The position numbers and the translations under genes are program-made. The notes beneath the pieces are model-generated. The model was not told where the DNA came from. It did not search any database and saw nothing but the letters and a program-made list of their open reading frames with translations. From Escherichia coli (GTDB taxonomy: Bacteria; Pseudomonadota; Gammaproteobacteria; Enterobacterales; Enterobacteriaceae), in assembly GCF_003334335.1 (NCBI RefSeq), contig NZ_QOWQ01000016.1: a DNA stretch of 64,000 nucleotides. One strand, 5' to 3'. Shown here in pieces: positions 34,601 to 45,008 of the stretch (its first letter is position 1; each line of letters starts with the position of its first letter).

Positions 34601-35382
34601 CGCGTCTGCGGCACGTTTGACCCCCAGGCGATGATGTAGCTGGAGTTGTACCAGTCAGCAGATTCCGGTACGTCAGTTTGCTCGCCCCAGGTTTGCGGAG
34701 ACGCAGGAGGCAAGTCGCAGTACCAGTCGTAGAAGCTTAAGCAAGTACCGCCAATCAGCGAGAGATAGCGTGCACCCGATGCGTAAGAAACCATCGACAT
34801 TGCCGGAATTGGCGAGAAACCAGCAACACGGTCCGGGCCGTAGTTTTTGATGGTGTAAACGTTAGATGCGGCGATCAGTTCGTTCACCTCCTGCCAAGAA
34901 GAACGAACAAATCCACCGCGTCCACGCGCCTGCTTAAAGCTTTTCGCTTTATCGGCGTCTTCAATGATAGAAGCCCATGCCTCAACCGGATCGCTATGCA
35001 GCGCCTTCGCTTCACGCCACATTTTCATCAGGCGTTTGCGCATCATCGGGTATTTCAGGCGGTTGGCACTGTAAAGATACCAGGAGTAGCTGGCACCGCG
35101 CGGGCAGCCGCGAGGTTCATGGTTTGGCAGATCCGGACGGGTACGCGGATAGTCAGTCTGCTGGGTTTCCCAGGTGACCAGACCGTTTTTGACGTAGATT
35201 TTCCAGCTGCAGGAGCCGGTGCAGTTTACCCCGTGGGTAGAGCGGACGATTTTGTCATGCTGCCAACGCTGGCGATATCCATCCTCCCAGTCACGGTTGG
35301 TATTGAGAAGCTGGCCATGCCCATCGGCAAAGGTTTCACCCTTCTGTTTGAAGTAGCGAAACCGGTCCAGGAATTTACTCAT
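31639..35382 (-). CDS. narG: Respiratory nitrate reductase 1 alpha subunit
   Basis: 1247 aa molybdopterin oxidoreductase starting MSKFLDRFRYFKQKGETFADGHGQ. Confidence 0.97.
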   Translation of the reverse strand: MSKFLDRFRYFKQKGETFADGHGQLLNTNRDWEDGYRQRWQHDKIVRSTHGVNCTGSCSWKIYVKNGLVTWETQQTDYPRTRPDLPNHEPRGCPRGASYSWYLYSANRLKYPMMRKRLMKMWREAKALHSDPVEAWASIIEDADKAKSFKQARGRGGFVRSSWQEVNELIAASNVYTIKNYGPDRVAGFSPIPAMSMVSYASGARYLSLIGGTCLSFYDWYCDLPPASPQTWGEQTDVPESADWYNSSYIIAWGSNVPQTRTPDAHFFTEVRYKGTKTVAVTPDYAEIAKLCDLWLAPKQGTDAAMALAMGHVMLREFHLDNPSQYFTDYVRRYTDMPMLVMLEERDGYYAAGRMLRAADLVDALGQENNPEWKTVAFNTNGEMVAPNGSIGFRWGEKGKWNLEQRDGKTGEETELQLSLLGSQDEIAEVGFPYFGGDGTEHFNKVELENVLLHKLPVKRLQLADGSTALVTTVYDLTLANYGLERGLNDVNCATSYDDVKAYTPAWAEQITGVSRSQIIRIAREFADNADKTHGRSMIIVGAGLNHWYHLDMNYRGLINMLIFCGCVGQSGGGWAHYVGQEKLRPQTGWQPLAFALDWQRPARHMNSTSYFYNHSSQWRYETVTAEELLSPMADKSRYTGHLIDFNVRAERMGWLPSAPQLGTNPLTIAGEAEKAGMNPVDYTVKSLKEGSIRFAAEQPENGKNHPRNLFIWRSNLLGSSGKGHEFMLKYLLGTEHGIQGKDLGQQGGVKPEEVDWQDNGLEGKLDLVVTLDFRLSSTCLYSDIILPTATWYEKDDMNTSDMHPFIHPLSAAVDPAWEAKSDWEIYKAIAKKFSEVCVGHLGKETDIVTLPIQHDSAAELAQPLDVKDWKKGECDLIPGKTAPHIMVVERDYPATYERFTSIGPLMEKIGNGGKGIAWNTQSEMDLLRKLNYTKAEGPAKGQPMLNTAIDAAEMILTLAPETNGQVAVKAWAALSEFTGRDHTHLALNKEDEKIRFRDIQAQPRKIISSPTWSGLEDEHVSYNAGYTNVHELIPWRTLSGRQQLYQDHQWMRDFGESLLVYRPPIDTRSVKEVIGQKSNGNQEKALNFLTPHQKWGIHSTYSDNLLMLTLGRGGPVVWLSEADAKDLGIADNDWIEVFNSNGALTARAVVSQRVPAGMTMMYHAQERIVNLPGSEITQQRGGIHNSVTRITPKPTHMIGGYAHLAYGFNYYGTVGSNRDEFVVVRKMKNIDWLDGEGNDQVQESVK

Positions 35383-35473
35383 CGGTTTTCTCCTGTGGGA
35401 GCCTGTCGGCCCTCTGATAAATCGACATTGCTAATGTTTAAGGGCAAGGTAACGCTCTGAAACAGCGTGGGAA

Positions 35474-35487
35474 TTGATAACGATCAA
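35474..35487. promoter_or_regulatory. FNR box (TTGATaacgATCAA) of the narG promoter
   Basis: Perfect TTGAT-N4-ATCAA palindrome about 98 bp upstream of the narG start codon. Confidence 0.7.
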
Positions 35488-35897
35488 GAGTGATGGGGAT
35501 GAAAAATAAAGTAAATTCCTAAGATACCCCTTTAGGATAATTAACAGCCACCACATAACAGACTGTAAATTAAGACGTTTTATACCTGTAGTTATTTAAA
35601 CTATTAAGATTTTTATGCAGATGGGTATTAAGGAGTATTCCCCATGGGTAACATATTAATGGCTCTTAATGAAATCCGGCGAAATAAACCATATAACATT
35701 AGTATGTTGTAACTAAATGACGCATAAAAAAAGCGCGACATCATGCCGCGCAAAGGATAATCAAATATTTTACTCTATATAATTCGGTTTACAGGAAGGC
35801 GGCAAGTGAATGAATCCCAGGAGCTTACTAAAGTAAGTGACTGGGGTGAATGAACGCAGCCGCAGCACATGTAACCCGAAGTATGACGAGTAACGGT

Positions 35898-37289
35898 TTA
35901 TTTTTTAGAATGCCGACCATATACCGCCCAGGTAATCACTACGCAGGCGATATAGAAAATCAAAAATACCTTCATTGCGCCGACTGGCGAACCCGTTAAT
36001 GCCAGCGAGCTACCAAACGCTTTCGGGATAAAGAAGCCACCAATCGCGCCAATCGCAGAGATGAAACCCAGCGCCGCCGCCGTGTCGGTTGCCGCTTCAC
36101 GCATCGCACGTTCGTCAGAACCCCCTTCTGCTTTCACGCGATCCATTGTCAGTTTACGGAAGATCACTGAAATCATCTGGAAAGTGGAACCACTACCCAG
36201 CCCAGCTGTCAGGAACAGCGCCAGGAAGACCGCGAAGAACGCCATGAAGCTTCCGCCCTGCCCGTCAGTCGGTAAGGTCAGGAACAGCAGGCCGCTGAAA
36301 ATCGCCATCAGAATAAAGTTCACCAGCGTGACACGAGTTCCGCCCAGACGGTCAGATAATGCACCACCTGCAGAACGCGCCAGCGCACCAATAAACGGCC
36401 CGAAGAAAGCGTATTGCAGAATCTGAACATCCGGGAACTGCGTTTTTGACAGCATTGCAAAGCCCGCGGAGAAGCCGATGAAGGAGCCGAAGGTTGCCAG
36501 ATACAGCAGGCTCATAATCCACAGATGACCCCGTTTGAGTACCGGCAACTGCTCCTTGATGGAGGCTTTCGAGGTAGCAAGATCGTTCATGCCAAACCAC
36601 GCCGCAATGGTGAAGATGGCAAGGAACGGCACCCATATCCAGGACGCATTCGCCAGATACAGCTCAGTCCCATCCGGCTGTTTGACGCCCTGGCTACCAA
36701 ATACTGCGAAAATCGACAGTGATACCACCAGCGGAGCAACCAACTGCATGACGCTGACGCCCATGTTTCCCAGACCACCATTCAGACCCAGCGCGCCACC
36801 CTGCTTCTGTTTCGGAAAGAAGAAGCTGATGTTTGCCATACTGGATGCGAAGTTCGCGCCAGCAAAGCCGCATAGCAGAGAGATGATGATGAAGACGCTA
36901 TAAGGCGTGGAGGTATCCTGCACGGCAAAACCCAGCCAGACGCAAGGAATAATCAGAATACCGGTGCTGAACGCCGTCCAGCGACGACCACCGAAGATAG
37001 GAACCATAAAGGAGTATGGAACACGTAATAACGCGCCAGAAACCGAAGGCAGCGCAGTCAACATAAATAGCTGATCGGTCGTAAAATTAAAGCCGACTTT
37101 CGGTAGGTTCACCGCAACAGCGCTGAACAACATCCATACGCAAAACGCCAGCAGCAGACAGGGAACGGAAATCCACAGGTTGCGGCTGGCAATACGTTGA
37201 CCGCGTTGTTGCCAGAACGCAGGATCTTCCGGTCGCCAATCTGTAATGACAGCTCCAGTAGCCCTTTCGGGGGCGGATGAGTGACTCAT
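35898..37289 (-). CDS. narK: Nitrate/nitrite antiporter NarK (MFS)
   Basis: 463 aa from MSHSSAPERATGAVITDWRPEDPAFWQQ; the ORF-track start is two codons upstream. Confidence 0.93.
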   Translation of the reverse strand: MSHSSAPERATGAVITDWRPEDPAFWQQRGQRIASRNLWISVPCLLLAFCVWMLFSAVAVNLPKVGFNFTTDQLFMLTALPSVSGALLRVPYSFMVPIFGGRRWTAFSTGILIIPCVWLGFAVQDTSTPYSVFIIISLLCGFAGANFASSMANISFFFPKQKQGGALGLNGGLGNMGVSVMQLVAPLVVSLSIFAVFGSQGVKQPDGTELYLANASWIWVPFLAIFTIAAWFGMNDLATSKASIKEQLPVLKRGHLWIMSLLYLATFGSFIGFSAGFAMLSKTQFPDVQILQYAFFGPFIGALARSAGGALSDRLGGTRVTLVNFILMAIFSGLLFLTLPTDGQGGSFMAFFAVFLALFLTAGLGSGSTFQMISVIFRKLTMDRVKAEGGSDERAMREAATDTAAALGFISAIGAIGGFFIPKAFGSSLALTGSPVGAMKVFLIFYIACVVITWAVYGRHSKK

Positions 37290-37348
37290 AGACACCTCTG
37301 ATACTCGTTTCGATGTCTGCCACCTTAGTGTCTGTAGCTAAAGGCAAT

Positions 37349-37400
37349 TTGATGTAAATCAAACGATAAGATAACTTTATCTATCATTGATATTTATCAT
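37349..37400. promoter_or_regulatory. narK promoter: two FNR boxes and an adjacent NarL heptamer
   Basis: TTGATgtaaATCAA at 37349-37362 (perfect), TTGATatttATCAT at 37387-37400, and TACCCAT at 37401-37407; box centres are 38 bp apart. Confidence 0.65.
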
Positions 37401-37627
37401 TACCCATAGTGAGTACAGTGACTTCATAAAAATTATGAGATTTTTCACGGTGCTGTAAAATCCCTACCCTTACCGATGTAAAGCGACTAACCACACGGCA
37501 AATAAGGAGTAACTCTTTCCGGGTATGGGTATACTTCAGCCAATAGCCGAGAATACTGCCATTCCAGAATGTATCGTCACATTCATTAAGGTTATTGCTC
37601 ATTTAAAGCCTGAAGGAAGAGGTTTAC

Positions 37628-39424
37628 ATGCTTAAACGTTGTCTCTCTCCGCTCACCCTGGTTAATCAGGTTGCGCTTATTGTGTTGCTTTCTACTGCTA
37701 TTGGACTGGCAGGGATGGCGGTTTCTGGCTGGCTGGTGCAAGGCGTTCAGGGCAGCGCCCATGCGATCAACAAAGCGGGATCGCTGCGCATGCAAAGTTA
37801 CCGTCTGTTGGCGGCAGTGCCATTAAGCGAGAAAGACAAGCCCTTAATTAAAGAGATGGAACAAACGGCATTTAGCGCCGAGTTGACTCGAGCAGCAGAA
37901 CGAGACGGACAACTGGCGCAATTACAGGGTTTACAAGATTACTGGCGTAATGAACTGATCCCTGCGCTGATGCGTGCACAAAACCGAGAAACGGTGTCAG
38001 CGGATGTCAGCCAGTTTGTTGCCGGGCTTGATCAACTGGTATCTGGTTTTGACCGCACCACGGAAATGCGCATCGAGACAGTGGTACTGGTCCATCGGGT
38101 AATGGCGGTATTTATGGCACTTTTACTGGTGTTCACTATTATCTGGTTGCGGGCGCGACTGCTACAACCGTGGCGGCAACTGCTGGCAATGGCGAGTGCC
38201 GTCAGTCATCGCGATTTTACCCAACGCGCAAACATCAGCGGGCGCAACGAAATGGCGATGCTTGGAACTGCGTTGAACAATATGTCTGCAGAACTGGCCG
38301 AAAGTTATGCCGTACTTGAGCAGCGGGTTCAGGAGAAAACCGCCGGGCTGGAGCATAAAAATCAGATCCTCTCTTTTTTATGGCAGGCTAACCGCCGTTT
38401 GCATTCCCGCGCCCCGCTGTGTGAACGCCTGTCACCTGTACTCAACGGCTTACAGAATTTAACCCTGCTACGTGATATCGAATTGCGGGTGTATGACACT
38501 GATGATGAAGAGAATCATCAGGAGTTTACCTGCCAGCCAGATATGACTTGTGATGATAAAGGCTGCCAGCTCTGCCCGCGCGGCGTATTACCCGTTGGTG
38601 ATCGCGGCACGACCCTGAAGTGGCGGCTGGCTGACTCTCATACGCAGTACGGTATTTTGCTGGCGACCCTGCCGCAGGGGCGTCATCTTAGCCATGATCA
38701 ACAACAACTGGTGGATACCCTGGTTGAACAACTCACCGCCACGCTGGCGCTGGATCGCCATCAGGAACGTCAGCAACAGTTGATCGTGATGGAAGAGCGT
38801 GCCACCATTGCGCGCGAACTGCATGATTCTATTGCCCAATCTCTCTCTTGCATGAAGATGCAGGTGAGTTGTTTACAGATGCAGGGCGATGCGCTGCCAG
38901 AAAGCAGCCGCGAACTGTTAAGTCAGATCCGTAACGAACTGAATGCATCCTGGGCGCAGTTGCGTGAATTGCTCACCACATTCCGCTTGCAGCTCACCGA
39001 GCCTGGATTACGTCCGGCGCTGGAGGCGAGTTGCGAAGAGTACAGCGCCAAATTTGGCTTCCCGGTGAAGCTGGATTATCAATTGCCGCCTCGCCTGGTG
39101 CCTTCGCATCAGGCAATCCACTTGTTGCAAATTGCCCGTGAGGCATTAAGTAACGCCCTCAAACATTCGCAAGCGAGTGAAGTCGTGGTGACGGTGGCGC
39201 AAAACGATAATCAGGTCAAACTGACCGTCCAGGATAACGGCTGCGGCGTGCCTGAAAATGCCATCCGCAGCAATCACTACGGCATGATAATAATGCGCGA
39301 TCGTGCGCAAAGTTTACGAGGCGATTGCCGCGTCCGCCGTCGTGAATCAGGTGGCACCGAAGTGGTGGTCACCTTTATTCCCGAAAAAACTTTCACAGAC
39401 GTCCAAGGAGATACCCATGAGTAA
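37628..39424 (+). CDS. narX: Nitrate/nitrite sensor histidine kinase NarX
   Basis: 598 aa with two TM segments, HAMP, and an H-box ([18 protein letters not shown]) kinase core. Confidence 0.95.
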
Positions 39425-40067
39425 TCAGGAACCGGCTACTATCCTGCTGATTGACGATCACCCGATGCTGCGAACTGGCGTAAAACAGCTTATCAGTATG
39501 GCACCAGATATCACCGTGGTTGGCGAAGCGAGTAATGGCGAACAGGGTATTGAACTGGCGGAGTCTCTTGATCCCGATCTGATCCTGTTAGATCTCAATA
39601 TGCCCGGCATGAACGGTCTGGAAACGCTGGATAAACTGCGCGAAAAGTCCCTCTCAGGGCGCATTGTGGTATTCAGCGTCTCTAACCATGAAGAAGATGT
39701 GGTCACCGCACTGAAACGCGGCGCGGATGGCTATCTGTTAAAAGATATGGAACCGGAAGATCTGCTGAAAGCATTGCATCAGGCAGCTGCTGGCGAAATG
39801 GTATTAAGCGAAGCATTAACGCCTGTTCTGGCCGCCAGCTTGCGCGCTAACCGTGCCACTACTGAGCGCGATGTTAACCAGTTAACCCCACGCGAGCGCG
39901 ATATTCTCAAGCTGATTGCCCAGGGTTTGCCGAACAAGATGATTGCCCGCCGCCTGGATATCACCGAAAGCACAGTAAAAGTGCACGTCAAGCACATGCT
40001 GAAGAAAATGAAGCTCAAGTCTCGCGTGGAAGCAGCGGTATGGGTGCATCAGGAGCGCATTTTCTGA
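39417..40067 (+). CDS. narL: Nitrate/nitrite response regulator NarL
   Basis: 216 aa from [21 protein letters not shown]; receiver plus LuxR-type HTH; start overlaps the narX stop by 8 nt. Confidence 0.95.
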
Positions 40068-41462
40068 TTACGGTTCCCAGCGCAGTTCGTCGTTTGACAA
40101 TGCATCGAACGGTTCGACAAGCGTTAGCGTGATCTCATTGGAGGAGACACGCTGCCCCTGGTTATCTTCCACCACCACAGACAATCGCCAGTGATTGCTT
40201 GCCCCTTCCCCGTTCTGCCAGTCAGGCATGATCAGCGTCCAGCCCTCCGCGCTGTTGGCTTGTGCGCCCGGCGTCAAACTTAATATCTGCGTATCGCCCT
40301 GCCAAATCAGTTGCCGAATACCGTAACGACTGCGGATTTGTAATTTCAGCGGCACTGTTTCGCCAGGTTTTAGATCCCACGGCGGTGTCGCCAGAAACAC
40401 CGTTAACGTTTTTCGCTGTCGGTACTCAAGAGTCGGTAGATTATTTCGCTGCGGATTGTCATAGCGACTACCACGTAACGACTGACTTTCGGCAACCTCG
40501 CCCGCAGAAAGTTGTTTTTTGAGCGGTACACCAAAGCGGTAATTAAGATTCAGCCCGAGGTTATTTTGATTTTCGCCACTTTCACCCTGTTTATGCTGGG
40601 CCGTCACAGTGACTAATGGCACAGGGGTGTAATTTAATCCCAGACTCAACGCGACGGGATTGTGATAACCCGTACCAGAGTTAAACAAATCAACACGATC
40701 ACCAAAATACTGTTCTAGGCTGACACTGGTATTGAGGTGTTGATAGAACGGCATGCGCATCCGAGCTGTCAGGTCGTACCCGCGCGCCATCCGTTGTTCC
40801 TGCGTGGCTGTCTGTTCATGCCATGCAGCAAACGGCTGATAAAAGTTTGCCGATAATCGCAAATATTCGCCCCACGCTTCGGCACCAAAGCCCGCTCGCT
40901 GAAGATTTTCGTCCAGCAAGTTGTCATAAAAAGTGTTATAACCCACCAGCCAGTTGCCGCGCGCCCAGCGTTGCCCAACGCCCACATTGCTCACCAACCC
41001 ATTATCCTGCTGAGTAAGACCAAGCTGGCTCCAGGTGAGATAACGATCATTATCTTGTAACGGCACAAACCAGCTTCCACGACTGCCGGTGAAATGTCCT
41101 TCGTTATCCACTTTGACGTCAACACTGGCATTTCCCCACGGTGATAGCCAGGACTCTACGTGCTGATTAACCTGTTGACTAAGCGCGTCGCGGACTTTTC
41201 CCAATGCGAAAGCTTTTGCCTGCTCGCCAGTATCCAGCCCGTTATCATTCATACTGGTTTCGCCGAAATCTTTCACAATTTCAGCAAAGTGTTTTTCCCC
41301 ATCATGATTTTCGGGAGCCATGCCTAAATCCGGCAGACCATCATTGTTATTATCAAAGGGATTTGCCGCTTTTTGCTCGAAGGTAGATTGTGCGTTAGCT
41401 GTACCGCCTGCTACAAGCAAGAGTAAATAAAACGGGATAATGCGAGGAACGAAACGGCTCAA
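40068..41462 (-). CDS. ychO: Uncharacterized invasin/intimin-like protein YchO
   Basis: 464-aa ORF with N-terminal signal peptide, convergent with narL; start codon not verified. Confidence 0.8.
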   Translation of the reverse strand: MSRFVPRIIPFYLLLLVAGGTANAQSTFEQKAANPFDNNNDGLPDLGMAPENHDGEKHFAEIVKDFGETSMNDNGLDTGEQAKAFALGKVRDALSQQVNQHVESWLSPWGNASVDVKVDNEGHFTGSRGSWFVPLQDNDRYLTWSQLGLTQQDNGLVSNVGVGQRWARGNWLVGYNTFYDNLLDENLQRAGFGAEAWGEYLRLSANFYQPFAAWHEQTATQEQRMARGYDLTARMRMPFYQHLNTSVSLEQYFGDRVDLFNSGTGYHNPVALSLGLNYTPVPLVTVTAQHKQGESGENQNNLGLNLNYRFGVPLKKQLSAGEVAESQSLRGSRYDNPQRNNLPTLEYRQRKTLTVFLATPPWDLKPGETVPLKLQIRSRYGIRQLIWQGDTQILSLTPGAQANSAEGWTLIMPDWQNGEGASNHWRLSVVVEDNQGQRVSSNEITLTLVEPFDALSNDELRWEP

Positions 41463-41484
41463 AACGTCGGTAACTTCCGGTAAT

Positions 41485-41524
<40 letters not shown>

Positions 41525-41525
41525 A

Positions 41526-41629
<104 letters not shown>

Positions 41630-41646
41630 GAATACAGGAGTAAATA

Positions 41647-42000
41647 ATGCAAAAAATCGTGATCGTTGCCAATGGCGCACCTTACGGGAGCGAATCCTTG
41701 TTTAACAGCTTGCGGCTGGCCATTGCGTTACGAGAGCAGGAGAGCAATCTGGATCTGCGTCTGTTCCTCATGTCTGATGCGGTCACAGCCGGGTTGCGCG
41801 GGCAAAAACCAGGGGAAGGCTACAACATTCAGCAAATGCTGGAGATCCTTACCGCTCAGAATGTACCGGTGAAATTGTGCAAAACCTGTACCGACGGGCG
41901 CGGGATTAGTACACTTCCTCTGATTGATGGGGTGGAAATCGGTACTCTTGTGGAACTGGCGCAATGGACGCTGTCAGCCGATAAAGTGCTCACATTTTAA
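41647..42000 (+). CDS. ychN: DsrE-family protein YchN
   Basis: 117 aa starting MQKIVIVANGAPYGSESLFNSLRLAIAL. Confidence 0.9.
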   Translation: MQKIVIVANGAPYGSESLFNSLRLAIALREQESNLDLRLFLMSDAVTAGLRGQKPGEGYNIQQMLEILTAQNVPVKLCKTCTDGRGISTLPLIDGVEIGTLVELAQWTLSADKVLTF

Positions 42001-42043
42001 TGTTTGAGGGGGCGTCTGACGCCCCACTATGCGGGAAGTTTAC

Positions 42044-42739
42044 TCAGGCGAATCCCGGACGTAACACACCATCCGGAAAATTCTCCGCCAGCAGTTTTTT
42101 TACCGATACCAGCAAATCATTCAGCCCATCGTCCTGCATTCCCAGTTTGATAAGCTCCTGTTCCAGTGAAAACAGGTATTGTGCGTTGGTTCCCAGCGGA
42201 CCGCTCGCCGCCGCAATCAACGGCGCGATGACCTGAGCGCGAGTATCAGATTCATATTCTGGATGTCGCGGGTCCATAATAAACACAATGGCGTTTACTG
42301 TGCGTCCATCATCAAGATCAAGCTGACACCAGGTTGGCAGATAACAGCCGGTAATCATCTCTCGCTTCCACAACAGGGTTAGTTCCTGCTCCAGCGTCTC
42401 TTCTGGCAGTCGATAGGCGACGCCTGTGGTGCGTCCGCCCTCTTTCAGTGCAAGCATCCGTCCCGGCTGGTGCGCAGTCCCGCGCCCGGCGGTCAGGCGC
42501 AGGCAAAATGCGCGATGCCATCCAACCAGTGTACCGGTGCACGATTCGGTAAACTCCAGTGCCGGATTCCACATCAACGATCCATAGCCGAAGATCCACA
42601 CCGGTCCCTCATCAGGTCGACAAGCCAGCGTCGCCGCCAGCGAAGCCGCCCGTTGTTCTGCTGACCATAAGAGTGATTCTTCAATGGCACCAAATGCCGT
42701 TTTACAATCGGCATTCATCAAGAAATCACGCGTTATCAC
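42044..42739 (-). CDS. chaC: Glutathione-specific gamma-glutamylcyclotransferase ChaC
   Basis: 231 aa from a GTG start (MITRDFLMNADCKTAFGAIEE...) with the YGSL motif; ORF-track start is an extension. Confidence 0.85.
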   Translation of the reverse strand: MITRDFLMNADCKTAFGAIEESLLWSAEQRAASLAATLACRPDEGPVWIFGYGSLMWNPALEFTESCTGTLVGWHRAFCLRLTAGRGTAHQPGRMLALKEGGRTTGVAYRLPEETLEQELTLLWKREMITGCYLPTWCQLDLDDGRTVNAIVFIMDPRHPEYESDTRAQVIAPLIAAASGPLGTNAQYLFSLEQELIKLGMQDDGLNDLLVSVKKLLAENFPDGVLRPGFA

Positions 42740-42896
42740 CTTACACCTCCGCCACTGCATACTTCCCTGCGACAACTTTTTGGTGTCTTCCGGACATTTT
42801 TACTGCTCATTTTGAAACCACTAACGGGACAATATGCAATCCACGGACCACTTGCAAGGCAACACCGCACGAATAGCTTTAACTAAGCGACCGGTT

Positions 42897-43127
42897 TTAC
42901 GATTTTTTATGCCATTTATCATCATCCCCTTTGGCATATTCATGCTTCACAGCAGCCCAGGCCACTTTATGCGCGGTTTCTTCGCGACTGGCGTCATCAC
43001 GCCGATCTTCTTTATCTTTATATTGATCCCATGCGCTGTTGAATGCTTCTTTATAGATATCCTGGGCATGAGACGGTAGAACGTGCTTTACGCTTTCCGG
43101 CAGATCGCTTTTCGTTTTATACGGCAT
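42897..43127 (-). CDS. chaB: Cation transport regulator ChaB
   Basis: 76 aa starting MPYKTKSDLPESVKHVLPSHAQDIYKEAFNSAW. Confidence 0.9.
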   Translation of the reverse strand: MPYKTKSDLPESVKHVLPSHAQDIYKEAFNSAWDQYKDKEDRRDDASREETAHKVAWAAVKHEYAKGDDDKWHKKS

Positions 43128-43396
43128 CGTTGACTCCTTTTACAAAGTTGAACATTAAGTGTGGTCAACAATATCTACTCTTGCCAAAACATAAGAATTT
43201 TCAGGTCAGACTCTTCTTAAGAAACGCTAAAACAAACATTGTCTAAACGTAATACTTATTTTTATGCCCCAATGAGTAAAAAATCGACAGCGGGGTAAAA
43301 ATTCGTAAAATGTTACCGATATCCAGACACTTTCTGTTATTTTTCCTACCTATTTTTTACATTTTCGATAAATTCATCTGCAAAGGGATAACCATA

Positions 43397-44497
43397 ATGT
43401 CAAATGCTCAAGAGGCGGTAAAAACCCGCCACAAGGAGACTTCGCTTATTTTCCCGGTTCTGGCGCTGGTAGTGCTGTTCCTGTGGGGAAGCAGCCAGAC
43501 ACTACCAGTGGTCATTGCCATCAATCTTCTTGCGCTTATTGGTATTTTAAGTAGCGCCTTTAGTGTTGTCCGTCATGCGGACGTATTAGCCCATCGCCTG
43601 GGAGAACCTTACGGTTCGCTTATTCTTAGCCTTTCAGTGGTTATTCTTGAAGTCAGTTTGATTTCAGCTTTAATGGCAACCGGCGACGCCGCGCCAACGC
43701 TAATGCGTGATACGCTCTATTCAATCATTATGATTGTTACCGGTGGGCTGGTTGGCTTTTCATTATTGTTGGGCGGTCGTAAGTTTGCCACCCAATATAT
43801 GAATCTGTTTGGTATCAAGCAGTATTTAATTGCGCTGTTCCCCCTGGCGATAATCGTACTGGTATTTCCAATGGCTCTGCCTGCGGCGAATTTTTCAACC
43901 GGTCAGGCGTTACTGGTAGCATTAATTTCTGCGGCAATGTATGGCGTATTTTTGCTGATCCAGACCAAAACGCATCAAAGTTTGTTTGTCTACGAGCACG
44001 AAGATGACAGTGATGATGACGACCCGCATCACGGTAAACCGTCTGCCCATAGCAGCCTGTGGCATGCTATCTGGTTGATTATCCATCTGATTGCCGTTAT
44101 TGCGGTGACCAAAATGAACGCCAGCTCGCTGGAGACATTGCTCGACAGCATGAATGCCCCTGTCGCCTTTACTGGCTTCCTGGTGGCACTGTTGATTCTG
44201 TCGCCGGAAGGTTTAGGTGCATTAAAAGCAGTGTTGAACAACCAGGTTCAGCGCGCGATGAATCTGTTCTTTGGTTCAGTGTTAGCAACCATTTCGCTTA
44301 CCGTACCTGTCGTCACGCTAATTGCCTTTATGACGGGTAACGAATTGCAGTTTGCACTTGGTGCGCCAGAAATGGTGGTGATGGTGGCCTCTTTAGTGCT
44401 GTGCCATATCTCCTTCTCCACCGGACGTACTAACGTGCTCAATGGCGCAGCGCATCTGGCACTGTTTGCCGCCTATTTGATGACGATATTTGCCTGA
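43397..44497 (+). CDS. chaA: Ca2+/H+ (Na+/H+) antiporter ChaA
   Basis: 366 aa from MSNAQEAVKTRHKETSLIFPVLALVVLFLW with an internal acidic stretch (EDDSDDDD); ORF-track start is an extension. Confidence 0.9.
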   Translation: MSNAQEAVKTRHKETSLIFPVLALVVLFLWGSSQTLPVVIAINLLALIGILSSAFSVVRHADVLAHRLGEPYGSLILSLSVVILEVSLISALMATGDAAPTLMRDTLYSIIMIVTGGLVGFSLLLGGRKFATQYMNLFGIKQYLIALFPLAIIVLVFPMALPAANFSTGQALLVALISAAMYGVFLLIQTKTHQSLFVYEHEDDSDDDDPHHGKPSAHSSLWHAIWLIIHLIAVIAVTKMNASSLETLLDSMNAPVAFTGFLVALLILSPEGLGALKAVLNNQVQRAMNLFFGSVLATISLTVPVVTLIAFMTGNELQFALGAPEMVVMVASLVLCHISFSTGRTNVLNGAAHLALFAAYLMTIFA

Positions 44498-44783
44498 CAG
44501 TTATATCTCCTCCGATGACGGTAATCGGGGGAGATAATATAAATTCCTGCTTATTGTATTTCTTCATACTACCTGGACAGGTCGTTAATCAGAATTGCGA
44601 GCCTGTACCACACCCTGCACGAAACCACTGCAACAGCTGTTGAAAAGCCGGAATGTACTCTTCATTGCAAACATTTCAGGGATGAAGTGAAGATGAATTG
44701 CGACGTAGTATCCACACCAAGCCGGCGTTATCCGGTGAGGCGCAATGTTGCGGGGCTTTATCCCTGGTGGCATTGGTTGCTGG

Positions 44784-44853
44784 AAAGAGAAAACCCCCGC
44801 ACGTTGAGAGGTAAAACCTGACAACAAAACGGGGGCTAATCTTGAAACCAGAC
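44784..44853 (-). ncRNA. rdl: Rdl-type antisense RNA (type I antitoxin) for the adjacent ldr toxin
   Basis: Minus strand reads GTCTGGTTTCAAGATTAGCCCCCGTTTTGTTGTCAGGTTTTACCTCTCAACGTGCGGGGGTTTTCTCTTT, with CCCCCG/CGGGGG stem plus U-run terminator; ends are approximate. Confidence 0.45.
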
Positions 44854-44900
44854 ACTTCAAGAATAGCCGCAAAATGTTGTCATTACAACAAGGCGGCTAT

Positions 44901-45008
44901 ATGACGCTCGCGCAGTTTGCCATGATTTTCTGGCACGACCTGGCAGCACCGATCCTGGCGGGAATTATTACCGCAGCGATTGTCAGCTGGTGGCGTAACC
45001 GGAAGTAA
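44901..45008 (+). CDS. ldr: Ldr-family type I toxin (35-aa membrane peptide)
   Basis: ATG at 44901 to TAA at 45006-45008 encodes MTLAQFAMIFWHDLAAPILAGIITAAIVSWWRNRK; below the ORF-track length cutoff. Confidence 0.8.
   Translation: MTLAQFAMIFWHDLAAPILAGIITAAIVSWWRNRK

Noticed and set aside
32086-34620. Long plus-strand ORFs (437 aa and 360 aa) inside narG
   Set aside because: Antisense to narG, with low-complexity Arg/Val-rich translations typical of antisense frames in GC-rich coding sequence.
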